Origin: Corallococcus sp. EGB
GTDB lineage: Bacteria > Myxococcota > Myxococcia > Myxococcales > Myxococcaceae
Reading direction: 5' to 3'
Assembly: GCF_019968905.1 (NCBI RefSeq)
Contig: NZ_CP079946.1
Coordinates: 5,665,356 to 5,729,355 of the forward strand
DNA length: 64,000 nucleotides
A program made the position numbers and the translations under genes. The notes under the pieces were generated by a model. That model did not search any database. It had not been told where the DNA came from and worked only from the letters and a program-made list of their open reading frames with translations. Numbering within the stretch: position 1 is the first letter of the stretch; the number at the start of each line of letters is the position of its first letter. This document shows, piece after piece, positions 19,669 through 29,516 of the stretch.

Positions 19669-21330
19669 ATGGCAAAGCCAAACGAACCGACCTCCGCGCA
19701 GGGCGAGCCGTTGACGACGGGCAAGGTCCTGCGTGCCACGTATGAGATTGGCACCGTGCTGGGCCGGGGCGGGATGGGGGCGGTGTTCCTGGCCCGCCAC
19801 CTGCGCCTGCCGGGCAAGCAGGTGGCCGTCAAGGTGCTGCACGGCGCGGAAGCCCTGTCGGAAGAGGTGGCGGTGCGCTTCCGGCGCGAGGCGGAGATCG
19901 CCTCGCGGCTGGGGCATCCGAACATCGTGGAGGTGCTGGACTTCGACACCCTGGAGGACGGCACGCCCTTCATGGTGATGGAGTACCTGCGCGGCGAGGG
20001 CCTGTCGCGCCGGCTGCGCAAGCAGAAGCAGCTGCCCCTGGAGGAGGTCCTCTCCATCGCGCGGCAGATGGGCGCGGCGCTGCAGGCCGCTCACCGCGCG
20101 GGCGTGGTGCACCGCGACCTGAAGCCAGGCAACGTGTTCCTCGTGCCCACGGAAGCGGGGGGCGTCGTGGGCGAGCGCGTGAAGCTGCTCGACTTCGGCA
20201 TCTCCAAGCTCGTGGACTCGCGCACCGTGCAGACGCTGGACTCGGTGCTGATGGGCACGCCGCAGTACATGGCGCCCGAACAGGCCATGGGCCACAACAG
20301 CCACGTGGACGCGCGCACGGACCTCTTCGCGTTCGGCGCCATCGTCTACGAGATGCTCGCGGGCCGGCCGCCCTACTCCGGCGACAACGTCGCGGAGCTC
20401 ATCTACCAGATCGTCCACCTGGAGCCTCCGCCGCTGCTGACGCTGGCGCCCCAGACGCCGCCGCACGTGGTGACGGCCATCTCCCGCGCGATGGCGAAGA
20501 AGCCGGAGGAGCGCCACCCGGACGTGGGCGCGTTCATCCTGGAGCTGACCGGCATCCCGCTCCAGACGCTCGCGGAGGTGAAGCCGGGGCAGCGCTCGCA
20601 CCCCATGACGCCCACCTCCCCGTCGGCGCCGCGCCTGGCGGACCGCGAGGAGCACATCCCCACGGTGGGCATGCGCCCGCACGCTGGCATCGACGCGTCC
20701 CCCGCCCCCACCGGGCCCCAGACGGCGTCCCTGTCCCCACGGCCCGTGGCGCGTCCCCGCCCGAAGTGGCCGGTGGCCGTGGCCGTGGGGCTGGTGGGCG
20801 TCATCGCCTTCGCCGCCGCCTTCTTCTGGAAGGGAACGCTTCCCCCGCCGCCCGCCGTCGCGGTGGCGCCGCCAGCGCCTCCGGTCCAGACGCCGGTTCA
20901 GCCCCCGGCGCCCGTCACACCTCCGCCCGCCGCGGTCGTGGCGCAGCCGGAGGAGGCGAAGAAGCCCGTGGAGCCGGAGCCCCGGCCGAAGCAGCCGTCG
21001 GATATCGACGGGCCCAGGCAGCCCGCCGAGGTCGCCCCCACGGCCAGACCCAGGGTGCGCGCAAGCACTCCTGAATCCATGCCGGACAGCGTCCGCGAGG
21101 ACCTGGCGGCGGCGCAGAAGGCGCTGGACGCATCCAACACGGCAGAAGCACTGCGTCACATCCGGCGCAGCCAGCGCACGAAGATTACCGGCCTGTCGTA
21201 CTCGCTGCTCACCCGCGTGTACTGCCAGCAGCACGATCTGGCGAATGCGCGCGCGCAATGGACCCAGGTCCCGGCAACGGAACGTCCAAGGGTCCGACAA
21301 TACTGTTCGCGGTACGATATTGACCTCTAG
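19669..21330 (+). CDS. Ser/Thr protein kinase (Pkn-type) with a Pro-rich linker, a TM segment and a C-terminal extracytoplasmic domain
   Basis: Hanks motifs are present (GRGGMGAVF, VAVK, HRDLKPGN, DFG, APE). The Pro/Ala-rich region spans 20860-21000. Confidence 0.9.
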   Translation: MAKPNEPTSAQGEPLTTGKVLRATYEIGTVLGRGGMGAVFLARHLRLPGKQVAVKVLHGAEALSEEVAVRFRREAEIASRLGHPNIVEVLDFDTLEDGTPFMVMEYLRGEGLSRRLRKQKQLPLEEVLSIARQMGAALQAAHRAGVVHRDLKPGNVFLVPTEAGGVVGERVKLLDFGISKLVDSRTVQTLDSVLMGTPQYMAPEQAMGHNSHVDARTDLFAFGAIVYEMLAGRPPYSGDNVAELIYQIVHLEPPPLLTLAPQTPPHVVTAISRAMAKKPEERHPDVGAFILELTGIPLQTLAEVKPGQRSHPMTPTSPSAPRLADREEHIPTVGMRPHAGIDASPAPTGPQTASLSPRPVARPRPKWPVAVAVGLVGVIAFAAAFFWKGTLPPPPAVAVAPPAPPVQTPVQPPAPVTPPPAAVVAQPEEAKKPVEPEPRPKQPSDIDGPRQPAEVAPTARPRVRASTPESMPDSVREDLAAAQKALDASNTAEALRHIRRSQRTKITGLSYSLLTRVYCQQHDLANARAQWTQVPATERPRVRQYCSRYDIDL

Positions 21331-21390
21331 GGTCGTCCGGGCGCGCGGAATCTCCAGAGCGGGGGCGCGTCCGCCAATGAAGGAGTCGTC

Positions 21391-22221
21391 GTGAGAGTCC
21401 TACTGGCAGTGGGCGTCGTGGCGCTGTCCCTGGGGTGTTCCCGGGGCGTGCGGCCCGACAGCGCCGTGGCGGGCACGAAGCCTGCCACCGGCAAGGTGTA
21501 TTCGAACGAGGCCGGCGAGAAGATCACCATCATCGGGCTGGAGCCCGGTGACGCGCACAAGGCGCTGGTGGCCTTCGACGGCACGAAGAGCGAACTGGAT
21601 GGCCAGGTGCTGGCCGCGTGGGTGGACGCAGACCGCCGCGCCATGGAGTACTGGACGCTGTGGCGCGGCCGCAAGCAGCGCTTCGTCACCGTGAACGACC
21701 GGGGCGGCTACGAGGACCTCGTCTTCAGCGGCGTGAACCACTCGGACTACACGCACCTGCGGCCGGACGTGGCCAAGACGGGCGCGCTGAAGGTGGAGAA
21801 GGTCTTCGAGCGCTACCAGGACCTGGAGGGCGACAAGAAGTACCAGGCGCTGCTCGCGTTCGACCGCAAGTTCTGGACGAACCAGGCGGAGGCGCAGCTG
21901 GGTGAGGCGCTCGCGGCGACGAACAAGGCGTGCGGCTCCAAGCTGACGTCCACCGTGGCCTGGGACTCCATCACGGACGCGCAGCTCAACGCGATGTCCT
22001 TCGGCAGCTACTGCGCGGGGCCGCTGGAGTCGCTGCAGAAGCTGTGCGAGCGCTCCGACGAGGCCAGGCGCTCCGTCCAGCAGAAGCTCCAGTCCGTGGA
22101 GTGCCGCGTGGACCCCAAGGCCGCGCTGAAGCTGGAGACCCAGAAGATCATCTGGTCCGTGACCGAGAGTGAGACGGTCCAGCCGGACGAGACCACCAGC
22201 TTCTTCACCGACAACCTCTAG
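21391..22221 (+). CDS. Lipoprotein of unknown function
   Basis: GTG start. Signal peptide plus lipobox (LSLGCS). Balanced composition. Confidence 0.6.
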   Translation: MRVLLAVGVVALSLGCSRGVRPDSAVAGTKPATGKVYSNEAGEKITIIGLEPGDAHKALVAFDGTKSELDGQVLAAWVDADRRAMEYWTLWRGRKQRFVTVNDRGGYEDLVFSGVNHSDYTHLRPDVAKTGALKVEKVFERYQDLEGDKKYQALLAFDRKFWTNQAEAQLGEALAATNKACGSKLTSTVAWDSITDAQLNAMSFGSYCAGPLESLQKLCERSDEARRSVQQKLQSVECRVDPKAALKLETQKIIWSVTESETVQPDETTSFFTDNL

Positions 22222-22239
22222 AACGAAAGCCCACCGACA

Positions 22240-23055
22240 ATGACGCTTCGACACATGGTCATCGCCCTGGGGCTCGTCCTGGCCCCGCAAGCCGCGCTCG
22301 CGCTGGATCCGCCCTGGAAGAAGGAGGAGAAGCTGCGCGACCGCATGGTGCTGGAGTCCGCCAGGGTCTGCGCGGATGGCAAGGGCCACTACACGGTCCT
22401 CGTCCCCCACACCCCCGAGCACGACGGCGACCTGTACTACGGGGATGGCAAGACGTTCACGCAGGTGCAGCCCGTGGGCTACCCCTCCAGCACCGAGGGT
22501 GGCTTCCTCGAGCCCCGCTTCTTCAACCCCAAGGCCAACGACAACTTCCGCGGCGTGGACTACCGGGTCGTCTCGGACGTGAAGCTGAGCGACGACTTCA
22601 AGACGTGCGCGCTGCGCTGCGGTGAGAAGACCCTGCCGCAGCAGCCGGTGCCGGCCGACGAGGCCCGGGAGCTCCTGCGCAAGGCCAGCTACCAGCCCAG
22701 CCCGGTGAAGTTCCAGCCGTACGCGCTGCTGCGCGACGACAAGGGCGTGTACTACCTGGTGGAGCGCGGCATCGGCGCGGACAACAAGAGCTTCCGCATC
22801 TTCACGGGCCAGCGCGGCCAGGTGAAGCCGCAGAAGATGCTCAACGTCGTCACCGACTCGCAGGGGGAGATCTTCTCCACGCAGGGCGGCGACCTGCGCC
22901 TCGTGGTGGACCGCGAGGAGCCGTCGTTCTGGGTGGTGAAGAGCAAGCGGCAGAAGCTGCGCGCGGTGCCGGTGAACGACAACCTGCCGTTCATCTACAA
23001 CGAGCTGGGCGTCTACACGGGCGCGCGGCTGGGCACGCCCTGCGACGACGTGTAA
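22240..23055 (+). CDS. Secreted protein of unknown function
   Basis: Signal peptide MTLRHMVIALGLVLAPQAALA. Lys/Asp-rich mature protein. Confidence 0.6.
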   Translation: MTLRHMVIALGLVLAPQAALALDPPWKKEEKLRDRMVLESARVCADGKGHYTVLVPHTPEHDGDLYYGDGKTFTQVQPVGYPSSTEGGFLEPRFFNPKANDNFRGVDYRVVSDVKLSDDFKTCALRCGEKTLPQQPVPADEARELLRKASYQPSPVKFQPYALLRDDKGVYYLVERGIGADNKSFRIFTGQRGQVKPQKMLNVVTDSQGEIFSTQGGDLRLVVDREEPSFWVVKSKRQKLRAVPVNDNLPFIYNELGVYTGARLGTPCDDV

Positions 23056-23085
23056 CAGGGCCGCACCGGGGAGCCCCGGGCACGG

Positions 23086-25854
23086 TCAGCCGTTGAGCAC
23101 CTTCACGGCCTTGACCATGTCCGGGGCCAGCTCCTCGTGCTCCACGAGGGTGAACCCCAGCTTCTTGCTGACGGCCTGCATGCCGCGGTTGCGCGCGAGG
23201 ATGTCCGCGACGATGCGGCGCAGGCCCCAGTCCTTCCCGATGTCCACCAGCCGCCGCAGGAGCTCCGTGCCCAGCCCCAGCCGCTGCGCGGGGTCGCTGA
23301 CGGTGATGGCGAACTCCCCGTCCTTGGTGCCGCGCAGGCGCGTGAGCCGGCCCACCGCGAGGATCTCCCCCCCTCCCTTCCCGTCCGGCGACGGGCGCAC
23401 CGCGACGAGCGCCATCTCCCGCGCGTAGTCGTTGAAGCAGATGCGCGCCAGGCGCTCGTGGGCCACGCGCTGGCTGAGCTTCATCAGGCCCGCGTAGCGC
23501 ATGAACACCGTCTGTTCGGACAGGGCCTGGTGGAACACGTTCATCGCGGGCTCGTCCTCCGGGCGGATGGGGCGCACCAGCAGGTGCTCGCCATTCTTCA
23601 GCGTGAGCATCTTCGCGTACTGGTACGGGTACGGCTCGATGGCGAGCCGGGGAAGCGCCGAGGCCGGGACGTCCGGAGGATGCAGCACCACGCGCGCGTC
23701 CAGCGCCAGCAGGCGCTCGCCGGAGACGAGCAGCGGGTTGATGTCCAGCTCGCGGATGAAGCGCTGCTCCACCACCAGCTGGCTGAAGCGGACCATCAGC
23801 CGCTCCAGGGCGCCCAGGTCCACGGGAGCCCGGCCGCGCACGCCCAAGAGCGCGTGGTGGATGCGCGTGCGCTCCATCATCCGTCGCGCCAGCGTGGTGT
23901 TGAGGGGCGGCAGGCCCAGGGCCCGGTCCTGCATCACCTCCACCAGCGTGCCGCCCGCGCCGAAGAGCAGCACCGGTCCGAACTGCGCGTCCAGGCTGCT
24001 GCCCAGGATCAGCTCGTAGCCGTCCAGCTTCGCCATGGGCTGCACGGTGACGCCGTGGAACGCGTCCTGGAGCCCCCGCGCCGTGAGCGCATCGCGGATG
24101 GCGCGGTACGCGTCGCGCACGCGCGCCTCGTCGCGCAGGTCCAGCCGCACGCCGCCCACGTCCGTCTTGTGCGTCACCGTGAGCGAGTGCAGCTTGAGCA
24201 CCACCGGGAACCCCAGCGCGCGGGCCTTCTCCACGGCCTCGTCCTCGGTGGTGGCGAGCCACGTCTCCACGGTGGGGATGCCGTAGGCGGCCAGCAGGCG
24301 CTTGGACTCGTATTCAGACAGGAGCGTGCGGCCGGCGGCGCGGGCCTCGTCCACCAGGGTGCGCGCCACGTCGCGGCCTCCGCCGGTGGGCTCCTCCGCC
24401 AGCGTGGGCGTCTCGTAGAGGCCGGCGATGTTGTCCGAGTAGCGCCACATGTAGTTGAAGATGCGGGCCGCGGTGTCCGGATAGCCGAAGGTCGGGATGC
24501 CCGCGTCGTTGAGGATGCGCTCACCGGCGGCGACCTCGCTTCCGCCCATCCAGCTCGCGAGCACCGGCTTGCCGGGCAGCTTCGCGTAGCCCTTGAGGCG
24601 GTCCGCCGTCTGCGTGGGCTCCGTCATGTCCTGCGGGGTGAGGATGACGAGCAGGCCGTCGCTGTTGGGGTCCGCGCCGGTGGTCTCCAGCGCCTTCGCG
24701 TAGCGCTCCGCGTCCGCGTCTCCCAGGATGTCCACCGGGTTGGCGTGGCTCCACGGCGGCGGGAGGAAAGCGTCCAGCTTCGCGCGGGTGTCGTCGGACA
24801 GCACGGCCAGCTCACCGCCGCCGGACACGAGCGCGTCCGTGGCGAGCACCGCGGGGCCGCCCGCGTTGGTGAGCAGCGTGAGCCTGCGGCCGGAGGGCCG
24901 GGGCTGGCGCGCCAGCACCTCCGCCATGTGGAAGAGGTCCTCGATGGAGTCCACGCGCAGCACGCCCGCGCGGCGGAAGGCGGCGGAGAGCACCTCGTCG
25001 CTGCCGGCGAGCGTGCCGGTGTGGGACGCGGCGGCCTGCGCGGCCTGCGCGGTGCGGCCGGCCTTGATGACGATGATGGGCTTGGTGAGGGCCACCTCTC
25101 GCGCGGCGGACAGGAAGGCGCGCGCGTCGCCGATGGACTCCATGTAGAGCAGGATGGAGCGCGTCATCGGATCATCCGCGAGGAAGTCGATGAGGTCTCC
25201 CCAGCCCACGTCCAGCATGGAGCCCACGGAGACGAAGGCGCTGAAGCCCACGGCCTCGCGCAGGCTCCAGTCGAGGATGGAGGTGAGCAGCGCGCCGGAC
25301 TGGCTGATGAAGGCCACGTTGCCCGGGCGGGCCATGCCCTTGGCGAAGGTGGCGTTGAAGCCGCCCGTGGGGCGCATCACGCCCAGGCAGTTGGGCCCGA
25401 TGATGCGCAGGTTCGCGGCCTGCGCGATGCGCAGCACCTCCTGCTCCAGCTTCACGCCCTCCGGGCCCGTCTCCTTGAAGCCCGCGGAGATGATGATGGC
25501 GCCCTTGACGCCGACCTCCGCGCACTCGCGGATGATGGCCGGAACGGACTTCGCGGGGGTGACGATGACGGCCAGGTCCACGGCCTCCGGCAGCGCGCGC
25601 AGGGAAGGCCACGCCTTGATGCCGAGCACGTTGGGCCGCTGCGGGTTGACCGGGTAGACCGTCCCCCCGAACGGGCTGCTGATGAGGTTCCAGAGGACGG
25701 TGCGCCCCACGCTGCCGGGACGCTCGCTCGCCCCCACCACCGCGACGCTGCGGGGCGCGAAGAGGACCTCCAGCGGCTGGCGGGTCCGCTGGTGGAGCAG
25801 GTCGATGGAGGGGTCCGTCCGGGCCGGCGGCGAGGCGGGGCGTTGCTCGTCCAT
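23086..25854 (-). CDS. Pat-like bifunctional protein: acetyl-CoA synthetase (ADP/NDP-forming; CoA-binding + succinyl-CoA-synthetase-like + ATP-grasp) fused to a C-terminal GNAT acetyltransferase
   Basis: 922 aa. The N-terminal CoA-binding Rossmann region is VAVVGAS...GTVYPVNP and the ATP-grasp region is in the middle. C-terminal GNAT motifs are present ([19 protein letters not shown]...ILAVGRL...[10 protein letters not shown]). Same architecture as Salmonella Pat/YfiQ. Confidence 0.88.
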   Translation of the reverse strand: MDEQRPASPPARTDPSIDLLHQRTRQPLEVLFAPRSVAVVGASERPGSVGRTVLWNLISSPFGGTVYPVNPQRPNVLGIKAWPSLRALPEAVDLAVIVTPAKSVPAIIRECAEVGVKGAIIISAGFKETGPEGVKLEQEVLRIAQAANLRIIGPNCLGVMRPTGGFNATFAKGMARPGNVAFISQSGALLTSILDWSLREAVGFSAFVSVGSMLDVGWGDLIDFLADDPMTRSILLYMESIGDARAFLSAAREVALTKPIIVIKAGRTAQAAQAAASHTGTLAGSDEVLSAAFRRAGVLRVDSIEDLFHMAEVLARQPRPSGRRLTLLTNAGGPAVLATDALVSGGGELAVLSDDTRAKLDAFLPPPWSHANPVDILGDADAERYAKALETTGADPNSDGLLVILTPQDMTEPTQTADRLKGYAKLPGKPVLASWMGGSEVAAGERILNDAGIPTFGYPDTAARIFNYMWRYSDNIAGLYETPTLAEEPTGGGRDVARTLVDEARAAGRTLLSEYESKRLLAAYGIPTVETWLATTEDEAVEKARALGFPVVLKLHSLTVTHKTDVGGVRLDLRDEARVRDAYRAIRDALTARGLQDAFHGVTVQPMAKLDGYELILGSSLDAQFGPVLLFGAGGTLVEVMQDRALGLPPLNTTLARRMMERTRIHHALLGVRGRAPVDLGALERLMVRFSQLVVEQRFIRELDINPLLVSGERLLALDARVVLHPPDVPASALPRLAIEPYPYQYAKMLTLKNGEHLLVRPIRPEDEPAMNVFHQALSEQTVFMRYAGLMKLSQRVAHERLARICFNDYAREMALVAVRPSPDGKGGGEILAVGRLTRLRGTKDGEFAITVSDPAQRLGLGTELLRRLVDIGKDWGLRRIVADILARNRGMQAVSKKLGFTLVEHEELAPDMVKAVKVLNG

Positions 25855-25995
25855 GGTGCGCTCTTCTTCGGTGGGGTGGCCTTACCGGAGCAATCTCCGG
25901 CAGGCCCCCATCGTGCACCAGTTGTCAGGGAGGGAATGGGGACCCGGACGCTCCCCTGTCCGGTTCCGCGAGCGGGCGGACTGACGGGAATCCCG

Positions 25996-26889
25996 CTACG
26001 ACGCGCGCGCCCGCTCCACCAGGGGCTTGAGCACGGTGCTGGCGAACTGCGCCAGCGTGGTGGGCGTGGTGGTCTCCTTCGAGCGAGGCTCGGCCGGGTC
26101 CATGCGCCCGTCCAGGAGGGCGCCGTACATCTCCACGAAGTTGTCCACCGCGAAGGCCGGCATGCCCGCGCCCGTCATGCCCTTGCGCAGGTCCTCCAGC
26201 CCCACCCGCACGTACTTCACGGGCTGGCCCAGCACCTCGGTGAGGATGCTCGCGACCTCCGGATAGGTGAGGTCCTTGGGCCCGTGCACGCCCACGCAGC
26301 GGTGGCCCGTCCACGACGTGTCGAGCAGGTACTCGGCGGCCTTCGCCGCGATGTCCGCCGTGGCGACCATGGGGAGGGGCTTCGTCTCCGGGCTCACGCT
26401 GAAGATGGCGCCGGCCTTCACCAGGCTGTCCACGTCGCGCAGCAGGTTCTCCATGAAGAAGCCCGCGCGCAGGCTGACGACGTTCGGGGCCGCCGCCTGG
26501 AAGGCCTCTTCCAGGGGCTTCATCACGGACACCGGCCCCGTGCCCGGCCCGTTCTGCGCGCCGACGCTGGAGATGAGCACCACGCGCTTCACGCCATGCG
26601 CCTTCACGGCCTGCGCGGCCCGCTGGCCGTTCGCCGTCGCCCAAGCGTTGAAGTCCGGGCGGATGGCGGGCGGTGAGAGCCAGAACAGCGCCTCCGCGCC
26701 AGCGAGCGCCGCGTCCAGCGTGGCCTGCTCGTCGAGGGAGCCCTGCACCACCTTCGCGCCCAGCTTCACCAGGTCCGCGATCTTCTCCGGGGTGCGAGAG
26801 ATGACGGTGACCTTCCGGCCCGCCTTCAAGAGCCTCTGCACGAGGGGACGACCGATGTTGCCGTTCGGGGTGTTGATGACGATGGACAT
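25996..26889 (-). CDS. NmrA-family NAD(P)H-binding protein
   Basis: Start at MSIVINTPNGNIGRPLV (GxxGxxG-like Rossmann), internal to a longer spurious ORF. Confidence 0.85.
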   Translation of the reverse strand: MSIVINTPNGNIGRPLVQRLLKAGRKVTVISRTPEKIADLVKLGAKVVQGSLDEQATLDAALAGAEALFWLSPPAIRPDFNAWATANGQRAAQAVKAHGVKRVVLISSVGAQNGPGTGPVSVMKPLEEAFQAAAPNVVSLRAGFFMENLLRDVDSLVKAGAIFSVSPETKPLPMVATADIAAKAAEYLLDTSWTGHRCVGVHGPKDLTYPEVASILTEVLGQPVKYVRVGLEDLRKGMTGAGMPAFAVDNFVEMYGALLDGRMDPAEPRSKETTTPTTLAQFASTVLKPLVERARAS

Positions 26890-26973
26890 GGGGTTTGCCT
26901 CCAGCGACCGCGAGATGGCGTGAACAGTGCCCCCGCCCCCTGCATGAGGCCACTGCATGCTATGCATGCCTCC

Positions 26974-27975
26974 ATGCGCTGTGCTCATGATGCCCCCGCC
27001 CCCATCCCGGACGAGGTGGACCTCTCCGGCATCAACCTCAACCTGTTGGTGGCGCTGGACGCGTTGCTGAAGGAGACGCACGTCACCCGCGCCGCCGCGC
27101 GCGTGGGCCTCACCCAGTCCGCGATGAGCCATGCGCTTGCCCAGCTCCGGGAGCTGTTGGGCGACGCGCTCCTCATCCGTGGCCGGGGCGGCATGGTGCT
27201 GACGCCTCGAGCGCAGCAGCTGGCCGCGCCGCTCAAGCGGGGGCTGGCCGAGCTGCGCCGTGCCCTTCGCGACGAGCCTCCCTTCGAGCCCGCCACCGCG
27301 ACCCGGCGCTTCGCCCTGGCCACGCGCGACTTCTTCGGGTCGGTGCTGCTGCCGGGCGCGCTGGAACTCCTGGGCCGCGAGGCCCCCGGCGTGGACCTGT
27401 CCGTGCTGCACGTGGACAGCAACACCTTCCCCAGCCACCTGGAGACGGGCGAGGTGGACCTGGCCATCATCGTCGCGCCCGTGCCGTCCGGGCCGGGCCT
27501 GCGCCAGCAGAAGCTCCTCACCGAGGACTTCGTCTGCGTGGTGCGCGAAGGCCACCCCACCGTGCGCCGCACGCTGGACCTGGACACCTACCTGAAGCTG
27601 ACCCACGTCCTCATCAGCCCCAAGGGCGACGGCGTGGGCGCGGTGGACCTGGCCCTGGCCCGGCGAGGCCTGCCCCCGCGCCGCATCGCGGTCCGGGTGC
27701 CGTACTTCCTCATCGCCCCGCTGGTGGTGTCGCGCTCCGACCACATCCTCACCGCGCCCCGCCGCCTTATCGCCGCGTTCAGCAACGCGTATCCACTCAA
27801 GGTCTTCCCCCCACCCCTCCCCCTGCCCTCCTTCGACATCCTCCAGGTGTGGCACGAGCGCTTCGACGGTGACCCCGCCCACCAGTGGCTGCGCGGACTG
27901 GTGGCGCGGGCCGTCAACGCGGGGTCTGAAAACACCCGGAGTTCACGAAGGGTGCGGCGCGCGCCAGCTTCCTGA
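26974..27975 (+). CDS. LysR-family transcriptional regulator (divergent from the NmrA gene)
   Basis: HTH region INLNLLVALDALLKETHVTRAAARVGLTQSAMSHAL followed by a substrate-binding domain. The start is uncertain, with upstream in-frame starts back to 26920. Confidence 0.82.
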   Translation: MRCAHDAPAPIPDEVDLSGINLNLLVALDALLKETHVTRAAARVGLTQSAMSHALAQLRELLGDALLIRGRGGMVLTPRAQQLAAPLKRGLAELRRALRDEPPFEPATATRRFALATRDFFGSVLLPGALELLGREAPGVDLSVLHVDSNTFPSHLETGEVDLAIIVAPVPSGPGLRQQKLLTEDFVCVVREGHPTVRRTLDLDTYLKLTHVLISPKGDGVGAVDLALARRGLPPRRIAVRVPYFLIAPLVVSRSDHILTAPRRLIAAFSNAYPLKVFPPPLPLPSFDILQVWHERFDGDPAHQWLRGLVARAVNAGSENTRSSRRVRRAPAS

Positions 27976-28057
27976 CACTCGTGGGGCACGGCACTGAACG
28001 TCAGTACACAGGTGGGGGAGCATCGCATGGGAGGCTTCGTGTAGGGTGCTCCGCATG

Positions 28058-28672
28058 AATCCTGAGAAGCTCGTCTTCGCCCAGACCGTCGAAGCGCTCT
28101 TTGTCCGGGCGCTGGAGAACCGCCTGACGCCCGCGTGCCGCGAGCACCTGAAGCGGGCGGGGCTGGACCTCGACCGCAAGCTGGAGCGCGCCTACACCCT
28201 GGACCAGTGGCGGGAGTTCCTGCGCATCGCGGCCGGCCACGTCTACGGCGGTGTGCCCGCGGAGGCGGCGTACTACTCCCTCGGCGAGCGCTTCATGGAC
28301 GCCTACTTCGGCACCTTCTTCGGCCGCGCGCTGCTGGGCGTGGGCCGGCTGGCGGGCCCCCGGAGGATGCTGCTGCGGGCGGACCTCGGCTTTCGCGCCG
28401 GCAACAACTTCAGTGAAGTCAAAATCGTGGAGCGCGGCGCGACGTCGCTGGAGCTGTGGATGAACGACGTGCTGGCGGATCAGCCGACGTTCGCGGCGGG
28501 GCTGCTGGCGCGCGCGGTGGCGCTGTGCGGGGGCTGGCGGGTGGTGGCGCTGCCGGAGGAGTTCGACGGCACGGCGGCGACGTTCCACCTGCGCTGGAGC
28601 GAGGCCCCCGCGGAAGGGGGGCTCAGCGCCACTGAGGATGGGTCCGGAGGCGACGCTCGACCTCAGGCGTGA
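28058..28672 (+). CDS. Myxococcales-restricted paralogous family protein (DUF2378 / TIGR02265-like)
   Basis: About 200 aa. The family assignment comes from recollection of conserved segments and was not computed. Confidence 0.5.
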   Translation, partial: NPEKLVFAQTVEALFVRALENRLTPACREHLKRAGLDLDRKLERAYTLDQWREFLRIAAGHVYGGVPAEAAYYSLGERFMDAYFGTFFGRALLGVGRLAGPRRMLLRADLGFRAGNNFSEVKIVERGATSLELWMNDVLADQPTFAAGLLARAVALCGGWRVVALPEEFDGTAATFHLRWSEAPAEGGLSATEDGSGGDARPQA

Positions 28673-29468
28673 GGGTGCCCCCATGCGGGGCCCGGGAGGA
28701 CGAGCGCTCCCAGCGCTCCAGCCACCGGGTCCCCAGCGGGGCGGTGAGGGGTTCGTAGCGGGTCGAGGCCACGGTGGTCTCCCCCTTGGTGCCGGTGGAC
28801 ACGCCGGCGCCCACGTAGAACCCCGCGAGCAGCAGCGTGACGCGGGTGGGCGTGGCCGCGCTGTAGGTCATCAGCAGGGCGCCCTCCCCGTCCTCGCGGC
28901 AGTGCCGGCGCACCCGGGCGAGCACCCCTTCGGTCCACATGTCCGGGTTGGACGCGGGTGAGAACGGGTCGAAGAAGACGAGGTCCGCGGGGGGCAGGTC
29001 CTCCTCCAGGAAGGGCACCGCGTCCCCCAGCTTGAGGGTCCACTGGATGCCGGGCTCGGACCAGGCGCCGTGCTTCATGAGGCTCTCCGCGGCGGCGCGG
29101 AACGGCTGGAGGAAGGGGAAGCCCTCCGCGTCCGCGAGCGCGAGGCGCAAGGGGGCCAGGTCCACCTCGAAGCTGACGATGTGCAGCTCGCGCGCGCGCT
29201 CCGGGCCCAGCTCGCGGGCGCGGGTGAGCGCGGCGACGGCGTTGGTGGCGGCGCCCAGGCCCACGTCGTGGATGACGAGCGGCGGGCCGGGCTGACGCAG
29301 GCGGTCCGCGAGGCCGGGTTGATCCACATAGAGGCGCAGGGCCTCCTGCCAGGGGCCCACCGCGGGGTGCATGACCTCGCCGTGGCCCAGGTGGCGCACG
29401 GCGCGGTGGCCGTTGCGCAGGGTGACGAGTTCGAAGTCGCCGTCGCGCGGATGGGAGGGCTCGGACAT
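28623..29468 (-). CDS. MnmC-like tRNA (mnm5s2U) methyltransferase domain protein (class I SAM MTase, DUF752-type)
   Basis: Start at MSEPSHP, internal to a 657-aa spurious ORF. Contains a VIHDVGLGAATN glycine-rich SAM motif and DLVFFDPFSP, the characteristic MnmC motif. Confidence 0.7.
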   Translation of the reverse strand: MSEPSHPRDGDFELVTLRNGHRAVRHLGHGEVMHPAVGPWQEALRLYVDQPGLADRLRQPGPPLVIHDVGLGAATNAVAALTRARELGPERARELHIVSFEVDLAPLRLALADAEGFPFLQPFRAAAESLMKHGAWSEPGIQWTLKLGDAVPFLEEDLPPADLVFFDPFSPASNPDMWTEGVLARVRRHCREDGEGALLMTYSAATPTRVTLLLAGFYVGAGVSTGTKGETTVASTRYEPLTAPLGTRWLERWERSSSRAPHGGTLTPEVERRLRTHPQWR

Positions 29469-29516
29469 GGGGCTCCTGGCCTGGAGGGGACGTGTGGGAA
29501 AGGATGGGTGCCTAGC

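Noticed and set aside
23137-26676. 1179-aa plus-strand ORF
   Set aside because: Antisense to the Pat-like gene and the NmrA gene. Arg/Gly/Ala-rich with no domain signatures.
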